64,000 nucleotides of DNA, taken from assembly GCA_016870195.1 (NCBI GenBank), contig VGCC01000008.1:1449-65448 (forward strand). Direction: 5' to 3'. The notes below the pieces were generated by a model, which had not been told where the DNA came from, made no database searches, and saw only the letters and a program-made list of their open reading frames with translations. A program made the position numbers and the translations under genes. Shown piece by piece: positions 1-16,597 of the stretch. The DNA is from Actinomycetota bacterium. Lineage in GTDB: Bacteria; Actinomycetota; Actinomycetes; S36-B12. Each line of letters starts with the position of its first letter. Within the stretch, counting starts at the first letter, position 1.

Positions 1-149
1 GGATTGGCGGCGAGGATCGCGACGATGACGAGGCTGAAGAGAACAGCTATGCCGATCGTGATTCCGGCGGTCTGAGTCGATCGCCTGTGGAGGTTCAACG
101 TTCCGAGACGCACCGGGTCGACGAACGTAGTTCTGAGTGAGGTCAACAT
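1..149 (-). CDS. N-terminal fragment of a membrane-anchored hypothetical protein (continues past the window edge)
   Basis: Minus-strand ATG at 149..147, 10 nt after the stop of the upstream minus-strand gene. It translates to MLTSLRTTFVDPVRLGTLNLHRRSTQTAGITIGIAVLFSLVIVAILAAN, a charged region followed by a hydrophobic helix. Too short to appear in the ORF track. Confidence 0.35.
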   Translation of the reverse strand, partial: MLTSLRTTFVDPVRLGTLNLHRRSTQTAGITIGIAVLFSLVIVAILAAN

Positions 150-159
150 CCCAAGGGGC

Positions 160-1380
160 TCATTTGACACGGGTCACACCACCCGCGGCATCAACGCTTA
201 TCAGGTGGCTACCGAGCAGCTGGGGCCCTGTCTTCACTCGATCCATCGCATACGCGCGCTCTCGATCGCGCACCTTCCCTGACGAAGGATCCAGGATGAG
301 ACGTTCCCCGGAAACAAGCTCCACGTGTACTGCGTCCTCAGTAATGGGATCGATGTGACGAGCAACATCTGTCAGTTCCGCACTCCAGCGCAGTTGTCCG
401 GCAGCGTCCACGGCGACGAGGGTGCGCACAGAGGTCGCTATCAGGACGAGGTTGCCGGTGCTGTTAAGCGCGGTAATCAACCCTCCGGGATGGTGCCACC
501 ATCGAATTGGCGAGTCGTCGCCGGGCACCCAGGCCAGTAGATCGCCCGATGTGCGATCGGCGACGACGATCAGGCCACCGAGGGTGGTCCAGTCACGGAC
601 GCTGAGCTGCGGGAAAGGTGCGGGGTAGGTGGTTGCCACTTTGAGCATTGGGACGTCGGGGACGGGTGCAACCGTCGGTTGTGACGTGGGTGCCCCGAAC
701 AAGATCGTCGAATCACTCTCAACGTTGCGGGAGCGCACCTGGCCCTCGCCTGGACACCAGGTTGCCTCGGTGGTCGATGTGACCGCGGCGCTCGTGGTGG
801 AGGATTCGACGAGTACGCAGGTTCCCTGCTCGCCGATTACCCGACCCTGCGACAGGTAGGGCTGCTCGGCATTGATGAACCCTTCGCTCATCCAGTTCTC
901 ATCCGGGGAAGGGTTCGCCGGAAGGTGCTGCCGCATGGGCAGGTTGGTCAACAGGTTTCCAGAGCTATCCCAGGACAGTGCCTCCCAGAGTGCTTCACCG
1001 TCAGCGACGTCAACGGAGAGCAGCGCCACCACGCTGCCATCGGGTTGGGGTATCGCGGCGAGATTGCGTTGCGAGAGCGCCTTGTCGATATTGATGCCGT
1101 TGGCGCTGATCGCCGCGAGTAAGGCCGTGCCGTACTCCGTACTGGGAAGACGCGCGATCGTCTCACCGATTGATTCGATGGATGAACTGATGGTCGCTAG
1201 CAGGTTGCCGTCGGGGTCGACCACCGTCTGGATTCTCGGCTCACCGAGCCATTGCGCCGACGCTGGTGGTGAAGTGTTCTGCTGCGCCTGGGAGAAGATC
1301 CCCGCCACCCCGATGCCAATGAGGGCGAGGCTGAGCAGGGCGACGCCCATGACCGCCCGGGAGCGACCCATGTGCCGCAC
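160..1380 (-). CDS. hypothetical extracytoplasmic protein with N-terminal signal/anchor helix
   Basis: 406-aa ORF. N-terminus MGRSRAVMGVALLSLALIGIGVAGIF is a charged n-region plus a hydrophobic helix. I recognise no named motif. Confidence 0.6.
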   Translation of the reverse strand: MRHMGRSRAVMGVALLSLALIGIGVAGIFSQAQQNTSPPASAQWLGEPRIQTVVDPDGNLLATISSSIESIGETIARLPSTEYGTALLAAISANGINIDKALSQRNLAAIPQPDGSVVALLSVDVADGEALWEALSWDSSGNLLTNLPMRQHLPANPSPDENWMSEGFINAEQPYLSQGRVIGEQGTCVLVESSTTSAAVTSTTEATWCPGEGQVRSRNVESDSTILFGAPTSQPTVAPVPDVPMLKVATTYPAPFPQLSVRDWTTLGGLIVVADRTSGDLLAWVPGDDSPIRWWHHPGGLITALNSTGNLVLIATSVRTLVAVDAAGQLRWSAELTDVARHIDPITEDAVHVELVSGERLILDPSSGKVRDRERAYAMDRVKTGPQLLGSHLISVDAAGGVTRVK

Positions 1381-1433
1381 CCTAGGGCCTCCGCACCCTC
1401 GGCCAACAGGAATTCACCGAGAACGAGAGAGCC

Positions 1434-3653
<2,220 letters not shown>

Positions 3654-3772
3654 GGGCCGACGCTAACGCCCTCGGGGAACCGGGCTTGAGAGGCCTACCG
3701 CGGGATGCCCGGTGCACCCGCCGGGAGGTGTCCGACATGTGGCTTTCCCCAGTCGGACCGTGCTCCGGTGTA

Positions 3773-3803
3773 TATGAGTCAATACGACTCAAAGAGTATG
3801 AGT
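3773..3803. promoter_or_regulatory. HspR-associated inverted repeat (HAIR) operator upstream of dnaK, plus one extra half-site
   Basis: TATGAGT-caatacg-ACTCAAA at 3773..3793 matches the CTTGAGT-N7-ACTCAAG consensus at 11 of 14 positions. A further TGAGT lies at 3799..3803, again 7 nt from ACTCA. The site is about 115-145 nt upstream of the dnaK ATG, and hspR is in the same operon. Confidence 0.65.
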
Positions 3804-3918
3804 CAGAATTTGCAATTTCTCTGACAAGCGGGCACACTTGTGGTCCAGACTTCCGGGGATCCCCCCGGCGTAGGTAGTCCGGGTGAGGCACCCGGTGGAG
3901 ATAGAAGGAGTACGACAC

Positions 3919-5756
<1,838 letters not shown>

Positions 5757-5760
<4 letters not shown>

Positions 5761-6308
5761 GCCAACACCCCGACGAGGAATTCGAGTCGGAGGGCGTGCG
5801 CATCAGCGACAAGCGTCGCATCGACCCGGACACGTTCGAGGTTCGTGAGGTGCGCCAGTCGGAGACCCCGGCTGGCGCACCCGCACCCGCCGAGGATGCG
5901 AAGGTGGCGGAATTGACCGCGGACCTGCAGCGCGTCACCGCCGAGTATGCGAACTACCGCAAGCGCGTCGAGCGTGACCGTGAGTTGATTCGCGAGATGG
6001 CGGTGGGCAACGTGCTCTCCGATCTCCTCCCGATCCTCGATGACGTGGATCGTGCGCGCGAACACGGTGAACTCGAAGGCGCCTTCCGCGCCGTCGGTGA
6101 ATCACTGGAAGCCGTCGCGACCAAGATCGGTCTCGAGAGCTTCGGCACCGCCGGCGATCCCTTCGATCCGGCCGAGTACGAGGCGCTGACCAGCGAACCC
6201 AATCCGGAGATCACCGAGCCCACCGTGGTGCGAGTGCTCCAGCCGGGGTACCGGTTCGCCGGCCGCGTGCTGAGGCCTGCACGCGTGTCCGTTGCAGGCA
6301 CTGACTGA
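5757..6308 (+). CDS. grpE: nucleotide exchange factor GrpE
   Basis: 183 aa. The GTG start overlaps the dnaK stop (GTGA at 5757..5760). Canonical position between dnaK and dnaJ, with a GrpE-like C-terminal region ([18 protein letters not shown]). Confidence 0.9.
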
Positions 6309-6323
6309 CAAGAACGTGAGTAG

Positions 6324-7484
6324 ATGAACAAGGACTGGTTGGAGAAGGACTTCTACGCCGTCCTGGGTGTGTCGAAGGATGCATCCGCGGACGAGATGAA
6401 GAAGAAGTACCGGAAACTGGCCCGCGAACTCCACCCGGACAAGAATCCAGGTGACGCCAAGGCCGAGGCCCGGTTCAAAGAGGTCTCTGAGGCCTACGAC
6501 GTTTTGTCCGACCCGGAGAAGCGCAAGGAGTACGACGAAGCCCGTGCCCTCTTCGCCTCCGGTGGATTCGGCGGCGGTGGGTTCGGTGGTGGCGGCTTCG
6601 GTGGCGGTCAGTACAACGTCAACTACGAGGACCTGTTCGGACAGGACTCCGGTGGTTTCGGCGACTTCCTCGGTGGCGTGTTCAACCGCGGACGCGGCGG
6701 CGGCCGCGCGCGGCAGCCGCGTCGTGGTCAGGATCTCGAGAGCGATCTGACCCTGTCCTTCGAGGACGCCCTCGATGGCGTGACGGTCCCGCTACGTCTG
6801 AGTAGCGAAGGATCCTGCGCAACGTGCAAGGGCACCGGCGCGAAAGCCGGCACCGTCCCGCGCATGTGCCCCACCTGCAACGGCTCGGGACAGACCGCGC
6901 GCAACGCCGGAGGGTTCGCCTTCGCCGAGCCGTGCCCCACCTGCAAGGGTCGCGGGCTCTACGTCGACGACCCGTGTCCCTCATGCCGCGGCTCCGGTCG
7001 CGGCATGAGCACCCGCACCGTGCAGGCTCGGATCCCGGCAGGCGTGAAGGACGGCTCGCGCATCCGACTCAAGGGCAAGGGAGGCCCGGGCGAGCGCGGG
7101 GGTCCCGCGGGAGACCTTTTCGTCAAGGTGAGCGTGGCGGCGCACCCGGTGTTCGGGCGCAAGGGCGAGAACATCACGGTCGACGTACCGGTCACATTCG
7201 CGGAGGCCGCACTCGGTGCGGACATCTCGGTTCCCACACCGCGCGGAGAGAGCGTGAAGGTGCGGATCCCGGCTGGCACCGCGAATGGTCGCACCTTCCG
7301 AGTGCGTGGCAAGGGGGTTCGCGGCAAGGACGGAAAGAACGGCGACGTGTTGGCCACCGTGCACGTCGCGGTGCCGCAGAACATGTCTAGTGAAGCTCGC
7401 GAAGCCCTGGAGAAGTTTGCGGAGGCGACGGCGTCGGAGGATCCGCGCAAGGACTTGTTCACCATGTCCGGTGGTGCATCATGA
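6324..7484 (+). CDS. dnaJ: molecular chaperone DnaJ
   Basis: J-domain with HPDKNP, a Gly/Phe-rich linker ([12 protein letters not shown]), and four CxxCxGxG zinc motifs ([32 protein letters not shown]). Confidence 0.95.
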   Translation: MNKDWLEKDFYAVLGVSKDASADEMKKKYRKLARELHPDKNPGDAKAEARFKEVSEAYDVLSDPEKRKEYDEARALFASGGFGGGGFGGGGFGGGQYNVNYEDLFGQDSGGFGDFLGGVFNRGRGGGRARQPRRGQDLESDLTLSFEDALDGVTVPLRLSSEGSCATCKGTGAKAGTVPRMCPTCNGSGQTARNAGGFAFAEPCPTCKGRGLYVDDPCPSCRGSGRGMSTRTVQARIPAGVKDGSRIRLKGKGGPGERGGPAGDLFVKVSVAAHPVFGRKGENITVDVPVTFAEAALGADISVPTPRGESVKVRIPAGTANGRTFRVRGKGVRGKDGKNGDVLATVHVAVPQNMSSEAREALEKFAEATASEDPRKDLFTMSGGAS

Positions 7485-7840
7485 CCGCGCCTCGCGAGGA
7501 GTTCAGCGTTCCCTCGAGTACGCCCGTCTACGCAATCTCGGTGGCCGCCGAGCTCGCCGGTCTCCACCCGCAAACCCTGCGCCAATACGACCGTCTCGGA
7601 CTCGTATCGCCCACCCGCGTGGGCGGGCGCAATCGCCTCTACAGCGCGATGGATGTCTATCGCCTACGCGAGATCGCGCAGTTGTCCGCCGAGGGTCTGA
7701 GCCTCGAGGGCATCCGTCGCGTCCTCGAACTCCAGGCCGAGATCGAATTCCTCCGCACGCGGCTGGAGGAATTCACCGCACAGGCACGATCACGTGCACT
7801 CGAGGTATGGCAACCCCAGCGCCGCCTACGGAACCACTAG
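7481..7840 (+). CDS. hspR: MerR-family heat-shock repressor HspR
   Basis: 119 aa with a MerR-type HTH ([29 protein letters not shown]). The start overlaps the dnaJ stop. It is the fourth gene of the dnaK operon, as in other actinobacteria. Confidence 0.85.
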   Translation: MTAPREEFSVPSSTPVYAISVAAELAGLHPQTLRQYDRLGLVSPTRVGGRNRLYSAMDVYRLREIAQLSAEGLSLEGIRRVLELQAEIEFLRTRLEEFTAQARSRALEVWQPQRRLRNH

Positions 7841-7858
7841 AAAGCGAACGACATAGCC

Positions 7859-10446
<2,588 letters not shown>

Positions 10447-10450
<4 letters not shown>

Positions 10451-11619
10451 GGCTGCCAGGGGATCTGCAATGGGCCGAGGCGCGTGATGGCTTCCTGCAG
10501 AACGGCGGGCCGCTTGCAGAACGCCCAACGGACGTAGGGCTTGCCCACCGACTCGTCGTCGCAGAACACCTGGTGCGGAATCGCCACGACGCGGGCGCGA
10601 TGTGGCAACGCCCGGCAGAACTCGAGTCCGTCCGGCGCCCCGATGCTGTGCACGTTCGTCGTGACGTAGTACGAGCCCTGGCTGGGGATTACGTCGAAAC
10701 CGAGTGTGGCCAGTCCGGCAGACAGGATGTCGCGCTGCTCGGACATCGAGCGTCGGTATTCGGTGTAGTACTGATCGGGCATGCCGAGTCCGTGCGCCAT
10801 CGCGTACTGGAATGGCCCCCCCGAGGCGTAGGTCAGGTGCTGCCGCACCACGCGCACGGCGGCGATGAGGTCGCGGGGCCCGCTCGCCCACCCGATCTTC
10901 CAGCCGGTGAAGGAGAACATCTTTCCGCCGGATCCGATGGTGACGGTGCGCTCGAACATTCCCGGCAGGGTGCTGATCGGGATGTGCACGTCGTCGTCGA
11001 ACCACAGGTGCTCGTACGCCTCGTCGCTGATGACCAGAAGGTCGTGCTCGATCGCGATCGCTGCGATGGCCTCAAGCTCGGCCCGCGTGAACACGATTCC
11101 GCTGGGATTGTGCGGGGAGTTGATCAGGATCACTCGGGTGCGCGGAGTGACCGCGGCGCGGAGACGATCGATGTCAGGACGTAGCCCCGGCCCGGACAAG
11201 GGAACCGCGACCCGCACACCGCGTGCCAGCGAGATACCGGCGGCGTAGACGTCGAACATCGGCTCGAAGACCAGCACTTCGTCCCCGTCGTCGATCAGCC
11301 CGAGGAACGCGGAGTTCAGCGCTTCGGACGCCCCCGTGGTGATCACGACCCCGGTATCCCCGTCGACGTCCAGGTCGTAGAAGCGCTTCTGGTGCGCCGC
11401 GACTGCCTCCCGGAGGGCGGGGAGGCCGTGCGGTGGCGGGTACTGGTTCCCGCGGCCCGCACTGATGCACTCCCGTGCGATCTCCTTCATCTCCTCGGGG
11501 CCGTCGGTGTCCGGAAAGCCCTGTCCGAGGTTGATCGACTCCGTTGCGGCCGCAAGCGTGGACATCTCGCCGAAGATCGACGTGATGTGCTCGGACATCC
11601 GCGGCACCAGGTAGCGCAC
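10447..11619 (-). CDS. class I/II pyridoxal-phosphate-dependent aminotransferase
   Basis: 390-aa ORF with [17 protein letters not shown] and [15 protein letters not shown] (PLP-Lys region). The start could instead be the ATG at 11598 (MSEHITS). Confidence 0.85.
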
Positions 11620-11650
11620 GCCGCAACGCTAGCGGCGTTAGCGTGACCGG

Positions 11651-12784
11651 GTGGATCCCATGGGCCCCGCGGTCGCGCCGCTCCCCCCGGACGCCAGCGC
11701 GCTCCTCGATCACATCGACGACGATGCGGCGCGGACGGACGCCGAGGGAGTGCAGCGGTCCACGATCGACGCGCTCGCGCGCGCGGGCCTGCTTGGCGCA
11801 CCCCTGGAACCCCCGAGCCAGCAACGCGAACTGGCGGAGCGACTCGCCATGGCCGACGGGTCGGTGTGGTTCAGCTGGACCCAGCACTTCGGGTGCATGC
11901 GCACGCTCGCGTCCGCGCAGGTCAGTGAGCTGTCGCCGAATGCACGCGGGATGCAGGACCGATGGCTTGCCGGCCTCAGCACAGGTGCCTACCTCGGCGC
12001 GCTCGCCTTCGCCCACGTCCGCAGACCCGGGCCACCGAATCCCCTCGCCACCCGCACCGAGGGTGGATGGGTCGTCAACGGTCGACTCGATTGGGTGACG
12101 AGTTGGGATATCGCCGACGTCGTGATGATCATGGTGCGGGGCAGCGGTGAGTGGGCGGACCACTTCATCACGTTCTATCTTCCGGCGGGACACTCGGATT
12201 CCAGCCCGCTCGCGGGAATGGAGGTCGGTGAACCCCTACGACTGCTCGCGATGGGGGGAACCCACACCCGGCCCATCACGTTCACCGACGTCGTCATCCC
12301 CGACGCGTGCGTGACATCCGTGCAGTCGGTGGACGCGTGGCGGGAGCGCGATGACCGCACGACGTCGGATGCGGGTCCCGCGATCTTCGGCGTGGTGCGG
12401 GGTGCTGTAGCGGAACTGGTGGGCGCATCCCGCTCAAACGAAGCCACGGAACTCGCGGAGGAGATCACGTCCGTGGGACGGAGCCTTCGAGCGAGTGCCT
12501 ATGCCTTGGCCGACGCGGATGGCGACCCCGAGGTGCGCCGCGAGGTCCGTGCCGCCTCCTTGGACCTGGCCGCGCGCGCGGCGCAGGCCGTGGTCGTTGC
12601 GCGTTCCGGTGGCGCGATGGTGACCGGGACTTCGGCCGAGCGCCGGGTGCGCGAGGCGATGTTCCTGCAGGTGCAGGCGCAGACCGCCGATGTGCGCGCA
12701 GCTCAGCTGCGGCTGATTCGCACCGGCGTGGGACTCGATTCCGCCGCCCCGGCCGCGGTCTCGATGCGCACCACGCACGAATAG
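11651..12784 (+). CDS. acyl-CoA dehydrogenase-family protein
   Basis: 377 aa with ACAD-like layout: a GGWVVNGRLDWVTSWDIADV middle-domain motif and a helical C-terminal domain. Substrate unknown. Confidence 0.65.
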   Translation: MDPMGPAVAPLPPDASALLDHIDDDAARTDAEGVQRSTIDALARAGLLGAPLEPPSQQRELAERLAMADGSVWFSWTQHFGCMRTLASAQVSELSPNARGMQDRWLAGLSTGAYLGALAFAHVRRPGPPNPLATRTEGGWVVNGRLDWVTSWDIADVVMIMVRGSGEWADHFITFYLPAGHSDSSPLAGMEVGEPLRLLAMGGTHTRPITFTDVVIPDACVTSVQSVDAWRERDDRTTSDAGPAIFGVVRGAVAELVGASRSNEATELAEEITSVGRSLRASAYALADADGDPEVRREVRAASLDLAARAAQAVVVARSGGAMVTGTSAERRVREAMFLQVQAQTADVRAAQLRLIRTGVGLDSAAPAAVSMRTTHE

Positions 12785-14133
12785 GTCCCCGGGGGAAGTG
12801 CCAGCGTCGCGCGCCCCCGTGAGATGGGTCCACGGATCGCATCCCCTTCGGCAGGCGTGCAGATCACGATGTCAGCAGAGACCGATTGGCCATTGGGTTC
12901 CGAGGGCGTAGCGCGGAACCGCACTCGGCCACTATCGCGCTTCCAATCGCGGATCACTCCAGCGATCGGTTGTGTCGAGGGAGTCACCTCGGTGTTCGGC
13001 GAGACGGGGGAGTTGCCCAGCGGGCTCCCGTAGATTGCGTTGACTAGGTAGCGAGTCCCGTTCGCGAGTCCGCTGACCGCACACGTTCCCGAGCGCCGGG
13101 TAGGTGCCGATGCACACGTGCGCACCTGACCGGTCGTGGCATCGATGACACTGACGGCGAATCCGGTCACCTCCGAGCCATCCGAGGGAGCGACGGTCGT
13201 CACGCGCACCTGCCCGTCGAGGCCCACGGCCGTCACACGCGGTGGCGCGCTCGGTGCGACGGCGGGTATTGCCCCCGTCACACGCAGGAATTCCAGTTCG
13301 GAACTGACGCGGGTGTAGACACCGGGGAAGTAGCTGGCGCACCGCTCGCCCCAGCTCACCACACCCACCAGCCGGCGTTCTGCTCCCGTGCCAACGAGGA
13401 GAGGACCACCCGAGTCGCCCTGACACGCATCGATCACCTCGGCGTCCGCGGTCACCCCCGCCGCACAGATCATGTTCGCTGCGGACGCCTCGCTGGAACG
13501 GTATCCGCGGAATCGCACACCGTCCACGACGTAGGACTTCCCGTTACCGCACGACATGCTCGGGAAGATCTCCACCTGACCGCTGCGCAGGGCATCGGGG
13601 AAGACGTTGCCGCTCGATGCGGTGTTGCCCCACCCGACGATCGTCGCCTTGGTACCCGCCGTGGTGTAGTCCTCGAGCTTGGCCAGACTCACGACGGGGA
13701 TCACGGGAATATCCGTGACCGGCTGCGCCAGGGTCACAACCGCGATGTCGTTATCCGCGGTGCGCAGGCGGTAGTTCGGGTGCACGGTGATCTCGGTGAT
13801 CCCGATCACGCGCGGGGTGGCGTTCTTCAGGGTTGGCCCGAAGCTGACCAGGATCTCCGTGGGATCGAGTCGCTCGCCGGTCTTCTGGTCCACCACGCAA
13901 TGTGCCGCGGTGACCAGCACAGAGGGCGCGGTGAGGCTCGCGCCGCAAAACTGCGCCTGGTAGACCCCCTGCTTGCGGTAGGAGTCTGCGTCGAGCAGGG
14001 CTGCAACGAAGGGGAATGCAGCGGGATCCGCGGGGGCCCCGTTCACGATCCGTGGCGTCGGCGCCGCCGTCGCAGCCGGAGCGATGCCGAGAACCAAAAG
14101 AACACCGAACGCGATGGCGATCACCCTGCGCAC
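12703..14133 (-). CDS. secreted trypsin-like (S1) serine protease with C-terminal Ig/FN3-like domains
   Basis: Signal peptide (MRRVIAIAFGVLLVLGIAPAATA), IVNG mature N-terminus, and catalytic triad contexts TAAHC, DNDIAV and GDSGGPL. About 190 extra C-terminal residues with beta-rich repeats. Confidence 0.9.
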   Translation of the reverse strand: MRRVIAIAFGVLLVLGIAPAATAAPTPRIVNGAPADPAAFPFVAALLDADSYRKQGVYQAQFCGASLTAPSVLVTAAHCVVDQKTGERLDPTEILVSFGPTLKNATPRVIGITEITVHPNYRLRTADNDIAVVTLAQPVTDIPVIPVVSLAKLEDYTTAGTKATIVGWGNTASSGNVFPDALRSGQVEIFPSMSCGNGKSYVVDGVRFRGYRSSEASAANMICAAGVTADAEVIDACQGDSGGPLLVGTGAERRLVGVVSWGERCASYFPGVYTRVSSELEFLRVTGAIPAVAPSAPPRVTAVGLDGQVRVTTVAPSDGSEVTGFAVSVIDATTGQVRTCASAPTRRSGTCAVSGLANGTRYLVNAIYGSPLGNSPVSPNTEVTPSTQPIAGVIRDWKRDSGRVRFRATPSEPNGQSVSADIVICTPAEGDAIRGPISRGRATLALPPGTYSCVVRIETAAGAAESSPTPVRISRS

Positions 14134-14185
14134 CCTTCTACGGTACGGCCTCCCGGGGCGTCACGATCCGCGCAAGGATGTGCCC

Positions 14186-14953
14186 ATGTCGGAACGGTCA
14201 ACCGCGGTCATCACCGGCGCAACCTCGGGGATCGGCCTGGGCTTCGCTCGCCTCCTGGCCCCCACACACGACCTCGTGCTTGTGGCTCGGGACCGCGCAC
14301 GTCTCGACCAGGTGGCGGCCGAACTCTCGGCCCGGACGAGAGTCACCGTGGAATCGGCGGATCTCGGCGTCCAAGCCGAGGTGGATCGCGTCGCGTCGCT
14401 TATCGCGAATCGTGCCGACGTCCTGATCAACAACGCGGGCTTCGGTCTCCGCGAATCCTTCACCCAGGCGTCGGTGGAACGCGAGCAGCAGACCATCGAT
14501 GTGATGGTCAGCGCCGTGATGCGCCTGACCCACGCCTGCCTCCCGCGCATGGTGCAGCGCAATAGCGGGATCGTCATAAATGTGAGCAGTGTCGCCGGGT
14601 GGATCACCTCCGGCACGTACTCATCTGCCAAGGCGTGGGTGACGAACTTCAGCGAGAGCCTCAACGCCACCTATCGCGGCACAGGAGTTCACGTGACCGC
14701 GCTATGCCCGGGCTACGTGCGAACAGAGTTCCATCAACGCATGGGTGTGGGTATGAAGGGCGTACCCGCGTGGATGTGGCTCGATGTCGACCGGGTTGCT
14801 AGCGACGCATGGCGTGATGCGATGAAGGGAAAGGCGATCAGCGTGCCGTCCGTGCGGTACCGATTGCTTGCCCAATTCCTACGTATCGCACCGCGCTCGC
14901 TCGTGCGCAAGGCGACCGCGTCGCGCGTGCGCTCCGCGCTGATGTCGGACTAG
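14186..14953 (+). CDS. SDR-family oxidoreductase
   Basis: ATG at 14186 gives MSERSTAVITGATSGIGLG (TGxxxGxG) and YSSAK (YxxxK). The ORF-track start at 14084 overlaps the protease gene and is unlikely. Confidence 0.85.
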   Translation: MSERSTAVITGATSGIGLGFARLLAPTHDLVLVARDRARLDQVAAELSARTRVTVESADLGVQAEVDRVASLIANRADVLINNAGFGLRESFTQASVEREQQTIDVMVSAVMRLTHACLPRMVQRNSGIVINVSSVAGWITSGTYSSAKAWVTNFSESLNATYRGTGVHVTALCPGYVRTEFHQRMGVGMKGVPAWMWLDVDRVASDAWRDAMKGKAISVPSVRYRLLAQFLRIAPRSLVRKATASRVRSALMSD

Positions 14954-15354
14954 TCCGCGTCGCGCGCGATCTGCTGGATGGCTGCGACAACATCGAGTTC
15001 GCTGACCGACCAACCACGCAATGCTGATAATCGGGCGATCTGTGCATCGCCGGTGACCACGGTCACCGGTGCATCGGGCCAGGCGTCCGAACTCGTGGGT
15101 GGAAGTGGATCGACCAACACGTAGGCACCCACCCGTCGATGCGCGGTGCGCTGAGCCAGCGCGATCGCCGGTAGGTACGCGCACGATGATCCATGTGCGA
15201 CGACGACCAGGGGTGGATCCGGGTTGATCCGAACCAACTCGCCGCAAACCTTGGTCGCACTCGTTCCACAGACATCCACCGCTTCGGGGATCCCGTCGAT
15301 GACCTTCTGACGGGCAGGCCATGCGTCATCGGGAAGTACGACGACGGTGGCCAT
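14950..15354 (-). CDS. hypothetical protein (short alpha/beta-fold-like)
   Basis: 134-aa ORF with good GC3 bias, divergent from pyrE. No motif I can name. Confidence 0.5.
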   Translation of the reverse strand: MATVVVLPDDAWPARQKVIDGIPEAVDVCGTSATKVCGELVRINPDPPLVVVAHGSSCAYLPAIALAQRTAHRRVGAYVLVDPLPPTSSDAWPDAPVTVVTGDAQIARLSALRGWSVSELDVVAAIQQIARDAD

Positions 15355-15376
15355 GTCCTCACCTTATGGTTGGCTC

Positions 15377-15919
15377 ATGCCGTCAGATCCCTGGTCCGCC
15401 CTCCGTCAGCAGATCCTCGACAAGGCCGTGGTGCACGGCCGCGTTGTCCTCTCGAGTGGTCGTGAAGCCGATTACTACGTCGATCTTCGACGCATCACTC
15501 TCGATGGGACCGCAGCGCCACTCGTCGGCACGGTCATGCGCGAACTCACCGCGGATCTCGACTACGAGGCCGTGGGCGGATTGACCCTCGGTGCCGATCC
15601 GGTGGGAACCGCCATGCTGCATAGCGCTGCGGCGGATGGTCAGTCCCTCGATTCCTTCGTGGTGCGTAAGACCGAGAAGACGCATGGTCTGCATCGCAGG
15701 GTCGAGGGTCCCGATGTCGCGGGGAAACGCGTCCTCGCGGTGGAAGACACCTCGACCACGGGCGACTCCGTTCTCGCCGCCGTCGATGCACTTGAAGAAG
15801 CGGGCGCCACGATCGTCGCCGTTGCGGTGATCGTCGACCGCGGAGCGCAGGCCGCCGTAGAAGCGCGCGGCCTCACCTACCTCGCCGCGTACTCGCTCGC
15901 TGACCTCGGCCTCGCCTGA
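15377..15919 (+). CDS. pyrE: orotate phosphoribosyltransferase
   Basis: PRPP-binding motif VLAVEDTSTTGDS and an N-terminal region (HGRVVLSSGREADYYVD) typical of PyrE. The start at 15377 (MPSD) gives about 180 aa; 15347 is the alternative. Confidence 0.9.
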   Translation: MPSDPWSALRQQILDKAVVHGRVVLSSGREADYYVDLRRITLDGTAAPLVGTVMRELTADLDYEAVGGLTLGADPVGTAMLHSAAADGQSLDSFVVRKTEKTHGLHRRVEGPDVAGKRVLAVEDTSTTGDSVLAAVDALEEAGATIVAVAVIVDRGAQAAVEARGLTYLAAYSLADLGLA

Positions 15920-15922
15920 TCC

Positions 15923-16534
15923 ATGCCGGACGTGGGTGTCGGGCCGTGGGTTGGCCCGTGGCCCGATGACGATCGACTCGATCCGGAGCTGCTCGCCGAG
16001 GGTGACGCCCGCAATGTGGTCGATCACTATCGCTACTGGAAGCTCGAGGCGATCGTCGCAGACCTCGACGCCCGTCGGCATCCAGTGCATATCGCGATCG
16101 AGAATCTCGAGCACGACTTCAACATTGGGTCGATCATCCGCACGGCGAACGCTTTCCTGGTCGCCGAGGTGCACATCGTCGGGCGCAAGCGGTGGAACCG
16201 CCGGGGTGCGATGGTCACCGATCGCTACCAACACATTCACCACCATCCCCATCCCGGCGATCTCGCCTCCTGGGCGCATGAATCAAGCCTTCCGTTGATC
16301 GGCATCGACACCGGGGATACGTCGACCCCGTTGGAGACCACGCGATTGCCCGAGGCGTGCGTCCTGGTCTTCGGTCAGGAGGGCTCGGGGCTCTCACCCG
16401 CGCTCGCGGCCCTGTGCGCGCAGACCATCGCGATCACCCAGTTCGGGTCCACGCGCTCCATCAACGTGGGTGCCGCTGCGGCCATCGCGATGCACACCTG
16501 GGTGCGCCAGCACGTGTTCGGTCAGGCCCTCTAA
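15923..16534 (+). CDS. TrmH/SpoU-family RNA 2'-O-methyltransferase
   Basis: SpoU motifs NIGSIIRTANAF, VFGQEGSGLS and SINVGAAAAIAMH. Confidence 0.8.
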   Translation: MPDVGVGPWVGPWPDDDRLDPELLAEGDARNVVDHYRYWKLEAIVADLDARRHPVHIAIENLEHDFNIGSIIRTANAFLVAEVHIVGRKRWNRRGAMVTDRYQHIHHHPHPGDLASWAHESSLPLIGIDTGDTSTPLETTRLPEACVLVFGQEGSGLSPALAALCAQTIAITQFGSTRSINVGAAAAIAMHTWVRQHVFGQAL

Positions 16535-16597
16535 CCGAATGGAAACGCTTGCACGTTCATCGCTAGGCTTGGGGTGACCTCCAGAAAGGGATTACGC

